Below, piece by piece: positions 36,455 through 48,900 of a stretch of DNA of 64,000 nucleotides. Position 1 is the first letter of the stretch; the number at the start of each line of letters is the position of its first letter. The stretch comes from Myxococcales bacterium (GTDB taxonomy: Bacteria; Myxococcota; Myxococcia; Myxococcales; JAJYLH01). The notes beneath the pieces are model-generated. The model saw only the letters and a list, made by a program, of their open reading frames with translations, made no database searches and was not told the origin of the DNA. The stretch is from positions 238,736-302,735 of the forward strand of contig JAJYLH010000001.1 of assembly GCA_021787845.1 (NCBI GenBank), given 5' to 3'. The position numbers and the translations under genes were made by a program.

Positions 36455-37293
36455 CGCTCGGGCATCACCAGGCCCGCGAGGCCTTGTTTCGACGCGGCGG
36501 ATGCGCGCAGGCCGTCGGCTTCGACCTTCTTCGCGAAGTGACCGACGCGCACCCGGTAGTACCGTCCCTTGCCGGGGATTTGCGCGGTCACGACGTAGGC
36601 CGGGTAGCCATCCGCCACCAGCTTTCCCGCGAGCTTCTCCGCCTCGGCGATGCTCGGCGACGCACCGAACTGAACGCACCAGGAGCGTTGTTTCGGGCCT
36701 CCCGCGGGGGCGGCGGCGCTGGCGGCCGAACGGAGGGCGGGAGCGGTGTGGATCGGCGTCACCGCTGCCGGTGGCAGAGAGGCGGGCTTGGCCGGCGCGG
36801 CCGCTGTGACGACCGCAGGCGCGGCGACGTCTGCGGCCCGGTGGACGGCAGCGGTCTCGGAGGGTGCCGCGGGGGCCTTGGGCGTCGGGACGAGCGGAGG
36901 GGTCAACGTCCACGGCGGGGTGGGCGGGGAGGCGGTGGCCACGCGGTCCGGCGCTGGCTTGGCCGGCGGCGCTTTCGAGACGCGGTGGTCAGCAGGATTG
37001 GTCTTGCGGGGCGCTGGCGGCCAGGAGGCGGCCACCGCGTTCGGGTCGCCCTTCACGAGCGTCTGCTGGAAGGTAAAACCGGTGTCGGAAAGCGAAGGCG
37101 CTGCCGGCCGGTCATCGAGCTGCTTCAAGTCCGACGCGGTCGGCGTCGAAGGCGGCGCGGAGGCGAGCCGCTGCCCGAACCCGACGCCCAAGGCGAACAC
37201 GACCGCCAGCGCGATGAGCGAGCCGGTGAGGATGCCGGTGACTTGGCGGCGGTCGAGGGAAATCTCGATGGGGTCGTTGGCGCGCGACGACAT
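36451..37293 (-). CDS. SPOR-domain protein (Pro-rich linker, single TM)
   Basis: C-terminal SPOR fold (WCVQFGASPSIAEAEKLAGKLVADGYPAYVVTAQIPGKGRYYRVRVGHFAKKVEADG). Start chosen at MSSRAND. Confidence 0.7.
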   Translation of the reverse strand: MSSRANDPIEISLDRRQVTGILTGSLIALAVVFALGVGFGQRLASAPPSTPTASDLKQLDDRPAAPSLSDTGFTFQQTLVKGDPNAVAASWPPAPRKTNPADHRVSKAPPAKPAPDRVATASPPTPPWTLTPPLVPTPKAPAAPSETAAVHRAADVAAPAVVTAAAPAKPASLPPAAVTPIHTAPALRSAASAAAPAGGPKQRSWCVQFGASPSIAEAEKLAGKLVADGYPAYVVTAQIPGKGRYYRVRVGHFAKKVEADGLRASAASKQGLAGLVMPER

Positions 37294-37375
37294 GAGCCCA
37301 AGCTGCTCCAGAAAGACCGCCCACACTGTATCCGCGCGGCTCGCCCGCTCAAGTTTTCTTCTCGCGCCGAGGCTT

Positions 37376-38197
37376 TCACCCCCGCCGCCGCAGACCGAGC
37401 AGCTCCCGCGCCTCGTCGGGGGTCGCCAGCTCCCGCCCGAGCTCGCCGGCGATTCTCCGGGCCTCGGCGCACAGCTCCCAGGACCCGCGCGCCAGAACGC
37501 CCTTGCGCAGGTAGATGTTGTCTTCGAGCCCCACGCGAGCGTTCCCGCCGAGCGAGAGCGCTAGCCGCACCATGGAGAGCTGGTGCCGGCCGACCCCGGC
37601 GATGCCGAACGTCGACCCGGCCGGCAGCTCGCTGGCGAAGAGCCGCACCCGCGCCTCGCTCGGTTGCATCCCGCCCTTGACGCCGAGCACGAATTGGACG
37701 TGGAAGGGGCGCGTCAGAAGACCTTCTTTTTCGAGAATCAGCGCGTTGTCCAAGTGCCCCAGCTCGTACAGCTCGAGCTCCGGCGTCACGCCCGCGTCGC
37801 GGATCAATGCGGCCATCCGCCGGAGCAAGGGGAACGGGTTCTCGAAGACTTCGTCGCCGAAGTTCAGGCTCCCGCAGTTGAGCGTCGCCATCTCCGGTTT
37901 GAGCGAGACCGGTTGCCCGCGCTCCTCAGCCGTCATTCCCACCGCGCCGCCGGTCGAGGTCTGAATGACGACGTCGGTGCGCTTCTGGATTTCCTCGATG
38001 GCGCGGGCGAACAGCTCGGTGCGCTGGGAGGGCCGGCCGTCCGGCTCGCGCACGTGCAGGTGGACGATGGCCGCCCCTTGCTCGCGACACCTGGCCGCCT
38101 CGATGCCGATTTCTTCGGCGGTAATCGGCAGGTTCGGGTTCTGCGCGCGCGTCGTTTCCGCGCCGACGATGGCCGCGGTGAGGATGGGCTGGGTCAT
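37376..38197 (-). CDS. kce: 3-keto-5-aminohexanoate cleavage enzyme-like (BKACE/DUF849 family)
   Basis: 273 aa matching the Kce signature blocks (PILTAAIVGAETTRAQNPNLPIT, IVHLHVREPDGRPSQR, STGGAVG, KPEMATLNCGSLNFGD, HVQFVLGVKGGM, ATPDEARELLGL) and the TIM-barrel Zn ligands. Confidence 0.8.
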   Translation of the reverse strand: MTQPILTAAIVGAETTRAQNPNLPITAEEIGIEAARCREQGAAIVHLHVREPDGRPSQRTELFARAIEEIQKRTDVVIQTSTGGAVGMTAEERGQPVSLKPEMATLNCGSLNFGDEVFENPFPLLRRMAALIRDAGVTPELELYELGHLDNALILEKEGLLTRPFHVQFVLGVKGGMQPSEARVRLFASELPAGSTFGIAGVGRHQLSMVRLALSLGGNARVGLEDNIYLRKGVLARGSWELCAEARRIAGELGRELATPDEARELLGLRRRG

Positions 38198-38251
38198 GGA
38201 TTCTCCGCGCTACACGAATGCGATCCAGGTAAGCGAGAGCGCTGGCGATCG

Positions 38252-38692
38252 TCAGGGGGGCCCCGAGGGGGCGGCGAGCCGCTGCTTGTCCTTCGGCACC
38301 ACGCAGGTGCCGACCGCCCGGCAGACGACGACCGGCTCCGCGAGCACCTCGGCGGCGCTGTCGGAGAGCTCGGGACGCGGCCGAACGACCTTGCGCGCCT
38401 CGAACCGCATCTCCCGCGACGTGTTGCCGATCCGCACGATCTCCCCGCCGACTTCCAGGTAGTCGCCGGCGAAGACCGGAGCGAGAAACTCGACCTGCGA
38501 GTAGGCCCGGAAGAGCCCCTCGTCGCCGTCCAGGCGGATGAGCAGCTCGGTCGCGACGTCGCCGAAGAGCGCGAGCACGCGGGCGCCGTCGACGAGGTTC
38601 CCCCCGTAGTGCGCGTCGGCCTGGCTCAGGCGCAGGCGAAGAAGAGCGGTCGGCATCGCGCTGGGCATGGCCCGAGAAGATGCACCGGGCAC
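38252..38692 (-). CDS. hotdog-fold protein (possible 3-aminobutyryl-CoA ammonia-lyase Kal-like or thioesterase)
   Basis: About 135-146 aa with a hotdog-like central helix/beta pattern ([38 protein letters not shown]). The function is inferred from its position just upstream of kce. Confidence 0.45.
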   Translation of the reverse strand: MPGASSRAMPSAMPTALLRLRLSQADAHYGGNLVDGARVLALFGDVATELLIRLDGDEGLFRAYSQVEFLAPVFAGDYLEVGGEIVRIGNTSREMRFEARKVVRPRPELSDSAAEVLAEPVVVCRAVGTCVVPKDKQRLAAPSGPP

Positions 38693-38722
38693 GCGCGTCC
38701 CGCAATGGCGCCGAGCTCCGGT

Positions 38723-40168
<1,446 letters not shown>

Positions 40169-40270
40169 CGGCCGCAGCTCGTCGCCGCTCGTCACCGCCG
40201 TCGTCGGGCTCATCTGCGGCGAGCATAGCGGAAGACGCGCAGCGGCGGGAGGCGCCTGCGGCCCGCCCGA

Positions 40271-40308
40271 CGGATCGGACCGATCGGTCGGATCGGTCGG
40301 ATCGGACT
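40271..40308. repeat. palindromic intergenic repeat, copy 1 (core GACCGATCGGTC)
   Basis: cggatcggaccgatcggtcggatcggtcggatcggac, about 37 nt 3' of the thiC stop. Confidence 0.8.
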
Positions 40309-40344
40309 GGCCGCTTGCCGGCGCGCGAAAGTCCGGCCAGCCGA

Positions 40345-41817
<1,473 letters not shown>

Positions 41818-42465
41818 TCAGCCCTTCGGGCGGCGGCGCTTCGGCTTCTTAGGAGCGGACTCGGGCTTCGGCACCGCTCCCGCCAGGTCCGCCGGCCACA
41901 ACAGGTCGAGGTCGAGCTCGATCGCGTCGAACGGCTGCGCGCGGACCTTGCCGCCTTCGCTGAAGAACGACCGCTGGGCCCATTTTCCGCGGGCCAGCTC
42001 CCAGACGGTCAGCGTCTTCTCCAATGGCTCGAGGAACCACAGCCAACGCACGCCATGGCGCGCGTAGTACGGCATTTTCTCGACACGGTCGTAACGTTTC
42101 GTCGAGGGCGAGAGAACCTCGCATACCCAGTCGGGTACTACGCGAATAGGCTCGTCTGGGGATTGTGCGGCGAAGCGCTCGCGCTTCCATCCGGCAACAT
42201 CGGGGTCGGCCTCATCGCCCGGCTCCAACTCGACGCCTGGCTCAACCAAGATGACCCAGCCTCCAGGACCACTGACACCGAGGTCGAACCCGGAGTCGAT
42301 CAGTGTTCCGAGCCGCGCCTCAGCGTGCGAGTGACGTGGGCGAGGACGCGGGCTGACGTGCAACTCGCCGTCGAGAATCTCGCCGACCACGTTTTCGGGA
42401 AGAGACTCGAACACGGCGCGAACCGTGCGGGCGACCTTGCGCACGGCGGCAGTGGACGACCGCAT
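41818..42465 (-). CDS. Uma2-family (DUF820) putative endonuclease, paralog 2
   Basis: 215 aa with PDWVCEVLSPSTKRYDRVEKMPYYARHGVRWLWFLEP; it is a clear paralog of 17910..18506. Confidence 0.7.
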   Translation of the reverse strand: MRSSTAAVRKVARTVRAVFESLPENVVGEILDGELHVSPRPRPRHSHAEARLGTLIDSGFDLGVSGPGGWVILVEPGVELEPGDEADPDVAGWKRERFAAQSPDEPIRVVPDWVCEVLSPSTKRYDRVEKMPYYARHGVRWLWFLEPLEKTLTVWELARGKWAQRSFFSEGGKVRAQPFDAIELDLDLLWPADLAGAVPKPESAPKKPKRRRPKG

Positions 42466-42501
42466 CTGACGCCTCCGTCTCGAAGAATAGCGCGAGGTCG
42501 C

Positions 42502-44661
42502 CTACTTCGTCTGAATCCGCGCCAAGTCCGCGATGGGCGCGAAGAGCTGCTGGACCTCGCGCACGAGCCGCAGGCGATTCTGCTTGATCGCCGGATCTTC
42601 GGCCATCACCAGCACCTGGTCGAAGAAGAGGTCGACGGCCGGCCGTAGCTCTGCGAGGGCCAAGAGCGCTCTCGTGTAGTCGCCCGAGCGCACGGCCGCT
42701 TCCACCTGGGCTCGGGCAGCGCTGGTGGCCTGCTGGAGCGCTTCCTCCGGGGGGTCGCGAAAGAGCGTCGGATCGACGGGCCCGGGCACCAGGTCCTTCG
42801 CCTGCTTGGTGATGATGTTCGAAGCTCGCGCGAAGGCGACCGCGATCGACTTGAAGTCGCTGCGCTGGGTCATCTGATTCAGCGCATGGCCTCGTCGATA
42901 AGCGTCGGTAATGTCATCGAACCCCGCGGCCAGCACCGCCTCGACGATGTCGGGCGGCCAGAACCCCTTGAGCTCACCCGATCGGAAGTTGCTCCAGTCG
43001 GCCTTGAGCCGGCCGCGGAAGAAGTCGAGCACCTGCGCTTTCGCTTCCCCGCGGTCCAGGAGCTCGGGCTTCGGCTTTCGCTCCTTGCCGTCCTTGTCCT
43101 TCTTCGGCTCCGGTGGCGGCAGCTTCTCGAACCGGTGGTAATGGTGCTCGAGAGCGGTGTCGAGGAGCGCAGAGAGGCTCAGCCGATACTCTTTGTCGAT
43201 GACGATGCGGATGATGCCCAGGCAGGCGCGGCGCAGGGCGAAGGGGTCGTTGGCGCCGGTGGGCGATTTCCCGATGGCGAAGATGCCGCTGATGGTGTCG
43301 AGCCGGTCGGCGATGCCGACGATGGCGCCGAGGTCGCCGGTCGGAAGCCCATCGGCGGCGCTCCTGGGGAGGTAATGCTCGAAGATGCCCGCCGCGACCT
43401 CGTCGCGCTCGCCATCGTGCCGTGCGTACTCGCGGCCCATCACCCCCTGGAGGTCGGGAAATTCGCCCACCATGCCGCACGTCAGGTCGGCCTTGCACAA
43501 GGTCGCGGTGCGCTCGACCGCGTCGAGGTCCTCGCGGCCGATCGCCCGGGCGATTTCCTTCGACAGGTGCAGGATCCGTTCGGTCTTGTCGAAGACGCTC
43601 CCGAGCTTTTCCTGAAACGTCACGCGTCTGAGGTCGCTCACGCGTGACGCGAGCGTGCGCGCGCGATCCTCGTCGAAGAAGAAGCGCGCATCGGCGAGCC
43701 GCGCTCGCAAGACCCGTTCGTAGCCCCGGCGGGAAACGCTGTCGTCTTTCACCGGCGTGTTGGCGATGGCGACGAAGCGTGGCAGGAGCTTTCCGTCAGC
43801 GCTCTCGATGGACGCGTACTTCTGGTGGCCGCGCATCTCGCTCACCAGCACCTCGCGCGGCATGTCGAGCGCGTCGGCGCCGAACGAGCCGAGCACGCCC
43901 GTCGGCCACTCCACGAGCCCGCAGAGCGTGTCGACGAGCTCCGGATCCTCGACCCGCCGGCCGCCCGCTTCGGCCGCGAGCCGGTCGATCTCCGCGACGA
44001 TGCGCTCCCGCCTCTCGGCAACGCTGCCGAGCACCTTCGCCTCCCGCAGCTTCGGGAGGTAGTCGGCGATGCCGCCAAACTGCACCGGTCCCGGCGAGAG
44101 GAAGCGGTGCCCCCGGCTGAGGCCGGTCGCGGCGACGTCGCCGAACTCGACCGGCACCACCTCGCCGCCGAAGACCGCGACGATCCACCGCACCGGTCTC
44201 GGAAAGCCCACCGACTCGTTCCCCCAGCGCATCAACTTGCGGTTCTCGCTCGCCTTCTGGATGAGGCGCTGGAAGAGGTCCGGCAAGAGCCCGAAGGTCG
44301 GTTGCCCGGCGACCTTGCGACGCGCGACGAGGCGACCGTTCTCGCGCTCGAGCTCGGCGATCGCGACGCCCCACTTGCGCGCGAAGCCCTCGGCGGCCTT
44401 GGTCGGGCGGCCCTCGGCGTCGAACGCGCTCTGGAGCGCCGGACCTTCGCCGCGCTCTTCGACGTCCTCGGCCCGGTCGGCCACGTCCTCGACGAGCAGC
44501 GCGAGCCGCCGCGGCGTGCCGTGCGCCTGCGCTTCCCCGTGGCGGATGCGCAGCCGCTTGGCTTCCTCGCGCCAGGCCGACTCAAGCGCTCGTAGCGCCG
44601 GGACGATGAACGACGCCGGCAGCTCCTCGCAGCCGAGCTCGAAGATCAGTTCCGATGGCAT
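42502..44661 (-). CDS. glyS: glycyl-tRNA synthetase beta subunit
   Basis: Starts MPSELIFELGCEELPA and has the conserved GlyS core and a C-terminal anticodon-binding domain. The track ORF extends upstream into the repeat element. Confidence 0.9.
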   Translation of the reverse strand: MPSELIFELGCEELPASFIVPALRALESAWREEAKRLRIRHGEAQAHGTPRRLALLVEDVADRAEDVEERGEGPALQSAFDAEGRPTKAAEGFARKWGVAIAELERENGRLVARRKVAGQPTFGLLPDLFQRLIQKASENRKLMRWGNESVGFPRPVRWIVAVFGGEVVPVEFGDVAATGLSRGHRFLSPGPVQFGGIADYLPKLREAKVLGSVAERRERIVAEIDRLAAEAGGRRVEDPELVDTLCGLVEWPTGVLGSFGADALDMPREVLVSEMRGHQKYASIESADGKLLPRFVAIANTPVKDDSVSRRGYERVLRARLADARFFFDEDRARTLASRVSDLRRVTFQEKLGSVFDKTERILHLSKEIARAIGREDLDAVERTATLCKADLTCGMVGEFPDLQGVMGREYARHDGERDEVAAGIFEHYLPRSAADGLPTGDLGAIVGIADRLDTISGIFAIGKSPTGANDPFALRRACLGIIRIVIDKEYRLSLSALLDTALEHHYHRFEKLPPPEPKKDKDGKERKPKPELLDRGEAKAQVLDFFRGRLKADWSNFRSGELKGFWPPDIVEAVLAAGFDDITDAYRRGHALNQMTQRSDFKSIAVAFARASNIITKQAKDLVPGPVDPTLFRDPPEEALQQATSAARAQVEAAVRSGDYTRALLALAELRPAVDLFFDQVLVMAEDPAIKQNRLRLVREVQQLFAPIADLARIQTK

Positions 44662-44751
44662 CCGTTGGCTCCAGGGGACGAACTTGGCGGCGATATCTAC
44701 GTCGGAAGGACCCGTGCGCGCACGGTTTTTCGCGGAGCCGGAGCGGCTCCC

Positions 44752-44800
44752 TAATCCGATCAGACCGATCCGTCGGATCGGACCGATCGGTCTCACCCGA
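44752..44800. repeat. palindromic intergenic repeat, copy 2
   Basis: cctaatccgatcagaccgatccgtcggatcggaccgatcggtctcacc. It is almost identical to copy 4. Confidence 0.8.
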
Positions 44801-44869
44801 CCCGCGACCGGCGTGCGGCGACCTCGCAACCGCCTTCGACCGCCGCTTGGTTGTTGGCCTTCGCCGGTT

Positions 44870-45274
44870 TCAGAACAGCGCTTCGACCAGGCGGTTGAGC
44901 AGCGCGGTCGCCTCCGGCGCGAAGAGCGCCAGCGGAACGGCGACCGAGAGCCCTGTCGCCAAGCTCGCCCGCGGCCGCCCGGCCGGTCGGCTTCCGCCGT
45001 GGCGGACCGCTTCCAGGAGCACGCCGGTGGTCCCGGCGAACACGAGCGCTGCCGCCGGGGGAGCGCCCGCCACGACGAACGACGCGAAGAGCAAGGCGGC
45101 GGCGAGGAGGTTCACCAGGTCGCGCAGGTTCGACGCCCAGCGAGAGCGCGCCTCGCGGGCGCGCAAGCGGAAGGCGACCGACTGGAGCTGCACGAAGACG
45201 ACCACGGCGCCGGCGACCACGAACGTCGCCAGCGTCCGCGCGACCACGTCGAGCGCTCGGGCGGAGCCCAACAT
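44870..45274 (-). CDS. small hypothetical membrane protein
   Basis: 134 aa with 3 predicted TM helices (LATFVVAGAVVVFV, LVNLLAAALLFASFVVAG, LSVAVPLALFA). The call is weak. Confidence 0.35.
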   Translation of the reverse strand: MLGSARALDVVARTLATFVVAGAVVVFVQLQSVAFRLRAREARSRWASNLRDLVNLLAAALLFASFVVAGAPPAAALVFAGTTGVLLEAVRHGGSRPAGRPRASLATGLSVAVPLALFAPEATALLNRLVEALF

Positions 45275-45332
45275 CCGAGCACGATCTACCCACCGCGCGG
45301 GGCCGGCGCCAACCGTGTTATTCGAGGGAGCC

Positions 45333-45875
45333 ATGTCTCGTTCGGCGCTCGTCCTTCTTCTCCTGTGCGCGTGCATCGAGCGGCCGCAGTCTCCCCGGGC
45401 CCAGGCGCAGCTCATCGACCGGTCGCGGCTGGGCGGCGTCGTGCTCGCGCGGGCGCCGGCGGTGGCGCATCCGGTGGGCGCCATCTTCAACGGCGAAATC
45501 GAGCTCGTCGGCTACGACGTCTCGCCTGAGCCGGCCCGGCGAGGGGCGCCGGTGCTGGTCACCTTCTACTGGCGGGCGCTCGACGAGGTCAGCGACGACT
45601 GGAAGGTCTTCGTCCACCTGGAGAACGCGGCGAGCGGGATGTCGCGGATCATCGCGGACCACTGGCCGGCCCAAGGGCGGTACCACACGAACTGGTGGCG
45701 CAAGGGCGACGTCGTGAAGGACGAGTGGACGTTCTTCGCGCCAGTCGCGGTCGACCAGGTCGAGGTGTGGACGGGCTTCTACATCGGCGACCTGCGCTTG
45801 GCGCTGTCGAATCCCGGTCGCGGCTCGACGGACGGCCAGAATCGGGTCCGGGTGGGGACCATCCAACTACGGTAG
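45333..45875 (+). CDS. hypothetical lipoprotein
   Basis: MSRSALVLLLLCACIERPQ signal/lipobox with a GAGGGAG RBS upstream; the rest is a Trp-rich beta-type sequence. Confidence 0.5.
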   Translation: MSRSALVLLLLCACIERPQSPRAQAQLIDRSRLGGVVLARAPAVAHPVGAIFNGEIELVGYDVSPEPARRGAPVLVTFYWRALDEVSDDWKVFVHLENAASGMSRIIADHWPAQGRYHTNWWRKGDVVKDEWTFFAPVAVDQVEVWTGFYIGDLRLALSNPGRGSTDGQNRVRVGTIQLR

Positions 45876-45953
45876 CGCTCGGCCATTTGACAGCACCCCG
45901 GCCACGGCTTCATCGTGCCTTCCCGCGTTTTTTCTGTGCCGGGAGCCCCAACG

Positions 45954-48900
45954 ATGACCGCACACCACATTCTCGGATCCTGGCCCCGCGCGGGCCGCTG
46001 GCGCGCCTTGGCCGTGGTCGCGCTCCTGGTCGCGGCGGGCGCCTGCGACTGCAACGGCACCAAGCTGAACCAGGCGTCGACCGGCGTCACGCTGGTCGAT
46101 CCGCCGGGAACGCCCGACCAGATCGAGCGGACCATCGACTTCGGCACGGTGACGGTCGAGACGCTGCACACGCACGAAATCGTGCTGCGAAACGACGGCA
46201 CGGTGTCGGCGCGCATCACCAAGGTGCAGCTCATCACGCACAACACGGACGTCTACCTGACGAACACCAATCCGCTCCCGCTGCTCCAGACGAAAGAGAC
46301 CTTCACGATGGAAGTGCGGTGGCTGCCGGCGGCGGTCGAGACCTTGAGCGGGCAAGTCGTGATCGAGACCGATTCGCCCTCGACGCCGAAGTACCTCATC
46401 GACCTCAAAGGGAAGGCGGCGACGACGAAGATCGACGTCTGCTCGACCGACCAGAACGGCAAGGAAATCTGCGTCAGCACGGCGCCCGGCGGCCATCTCG
46501 TGGTGCCGCTCGGGTCGGCGAGGCCGGGCACCACCGCGCAAAAGCCGCTCGTGATCAAGGACCTGGGCGACGCGACCTTGACGGTGACTCGGGTCGCGCC
46601 GACGTCGGCGACGACGACCGAAATCACGACCGTCGCGGCGGCCGGCGTCAACCCGCGTTCGGACGGCTCGTTCGACGTCGCCGCGCAGAAGAGCGCCACC
46701 TACGACGTGAACTTCAAGCCGATCATCGGCGGTCCGGTCGACGGGTTCATCGAGATCCTGAGCGATGATCCGAACCAGCCGCAGATTCTGGTCGAGGTGA
46801 CCGCGATGGGCGACGCGGCGCACCTGTGCGTCGTGCCGAGCTCTTTGTCCCTCGACTTCGGCGACGTGAACGTGGGCACGACCGCGCACGCGCCGGCGCC
46901 GGGCATCGAGCTGTCGAGCTGCGGAACCGAGCCGGTCACCATCTACAAGCTCGCGCTCCTGAACCCCGACAATGCGCCGGACGTGTTCGGGATGTCGGGC
47001 ACGCCGAGCCTGCCGGCGACGCTCAACCCCGGCGACAAGATCGACCTCGACATGACCTACTCGCCGACCGCGATGGAGGATGACGACGGGCAGCTCAACA
47101 TCTGGATTCACGACCCGACCGCGGCGAACGCCTCGCTCAAGCAGGACGGGTGGGTGACGCTGCACGGCCGGGGCGTCGAATGTCTGCTCCAGGCGGTCCC
47201 GAACCCGGTCGACTTCGGAGACGTGCCGGTGGCGGCGGGCTCGACCGCGGTGCGGACGGTCAGCGTGCGGGCGGTCGGGTCGGGCGAGTGCCAGATCACC
47301 GATGCGAGGATGCCGAACGCGCCCTTCGCGGTGGTGAAGGCGCCGACCCTGCCGTTGACGCTGCCGCCGGGGCAGACGACGACCTACCAGGTCTCGTTCA
47401 CGCCGACGAGCACGGGCCAGGCGACGGACAAGCTCTCCCTCGTCGACAGCGCCGGCACTCTGGACATCGACCTCATCGGCAACGGGGCGCAAGCGCCGCC
47501 GTGCGACCTCGTCGCGCAGCCGCCGAGCGTCACCTTCGCGAACGCCTCGACCGGTTCGAGCACCACGCAGAACGTGATCGTCAAGAACATCGGGTCGAGC
47601 GACTGCGACATCCGGCAGGGCGGCATGACCGCGAGCTCGTCCCCGGACTTCACCGCGACGATTCCCGGCGGCATCGGGGCCTCGGTCCCGGCTGGCGGCA
47701 CGATGACGGTTCCGGTGACCTTCAAGCCGACCACTTCGGGCACCGCGACCGGCACGCTGGAAATCGTCTACGACGACCCGAACACCTGCTCTGGCTTCAA
47801 CTGCGGGCCGTGCATGGGGCCGCCGCTCCCCTGCACCGGTCCTAAGCTCGACGTGCCGATTCAGGGTGGCACGCTCGCGCCGGCGATCTGCATCTATCCG
47901 ACGGAGCTCGACTGGAGTTCGGTGGCGCCCGGCAACTCGGCGCCGCGCTCGTTCACCATCACCTCCTGCGGGGCGGGAGCGCTCGCGCTCAACGGCATCA
48001 CCCTCGCCGCCGGCTCTTCGCGCGCGTTCGAGGTGACGCAGATGGTGCAGGGCACCGGTCCGACCGCCTTGACGCTTCCGACCTACCTCGACGCGGGGAA
48101 GACGGCGACCGTCACCGTCACCTACTCGCCGACGACCAACGGTGGCGACTTCGGGCGGGTGACGGTGCTCAACGGCGACCCCTCGAACCCCTCGGCAGCG
48201 GTCAAGCTCGTCGGCAACGCTTCCAACGTCTGCGACACCGAGCTCTCCTGCAACGAGACCAAGCTGTCGTTCCCGGTGATGGAGGAGGGCCGCACCGCCG
48301 CGATGAGCCTCGTCTGCTACAACGCGGGCTCGCAGCCAGCGACCATCACGAGCGCGACCTTCGCGAGCGGCACGAGCGGCGAGTTCTCGGTGACCGCGGG
48401 ACGCCTGCCGGTAACGGTGCCGCCCGGCGGGACCATCCGGTTGACGGTGAGCTACACGCCGCAAGACGTGGGTAGCGACTCGGGCGAGCTGGACATCCAG
48501 GGCGCGTGCGACCCGGTGGCGATCGCCCTCGACGGCGCGGGCAAGGCGCCGGACTATCCGGCCTGCGAGCCGCCGCGGGTCTTCAACCCGCAGGTCAAGT
48601 GGTCCTGGAACGGGCAGGGGGCCTTGCAGCCCGGATCGAACAACGTCGAAATGGGACCCATCGTGGTCAACCTGGAAGACACCAACGGCGACGGGAAGAT
48701 CGACGAGAACGACATCCCCGACGTGGTCTTCGCGACCTGTTCCGGTCAGACCTGCTGCATCAACTGCATGAACATCTCGGGCGGGAGCTTCGCGCAGACG
48801 GACTTCGCGGGAAAGGCGATGCTCCGCGCGGTCAGCGGGAAGAGCGGTCAGACGTTGTGGACGGCGGTCGACCCGACCGGCAAGCCCTACGACCTGACGG

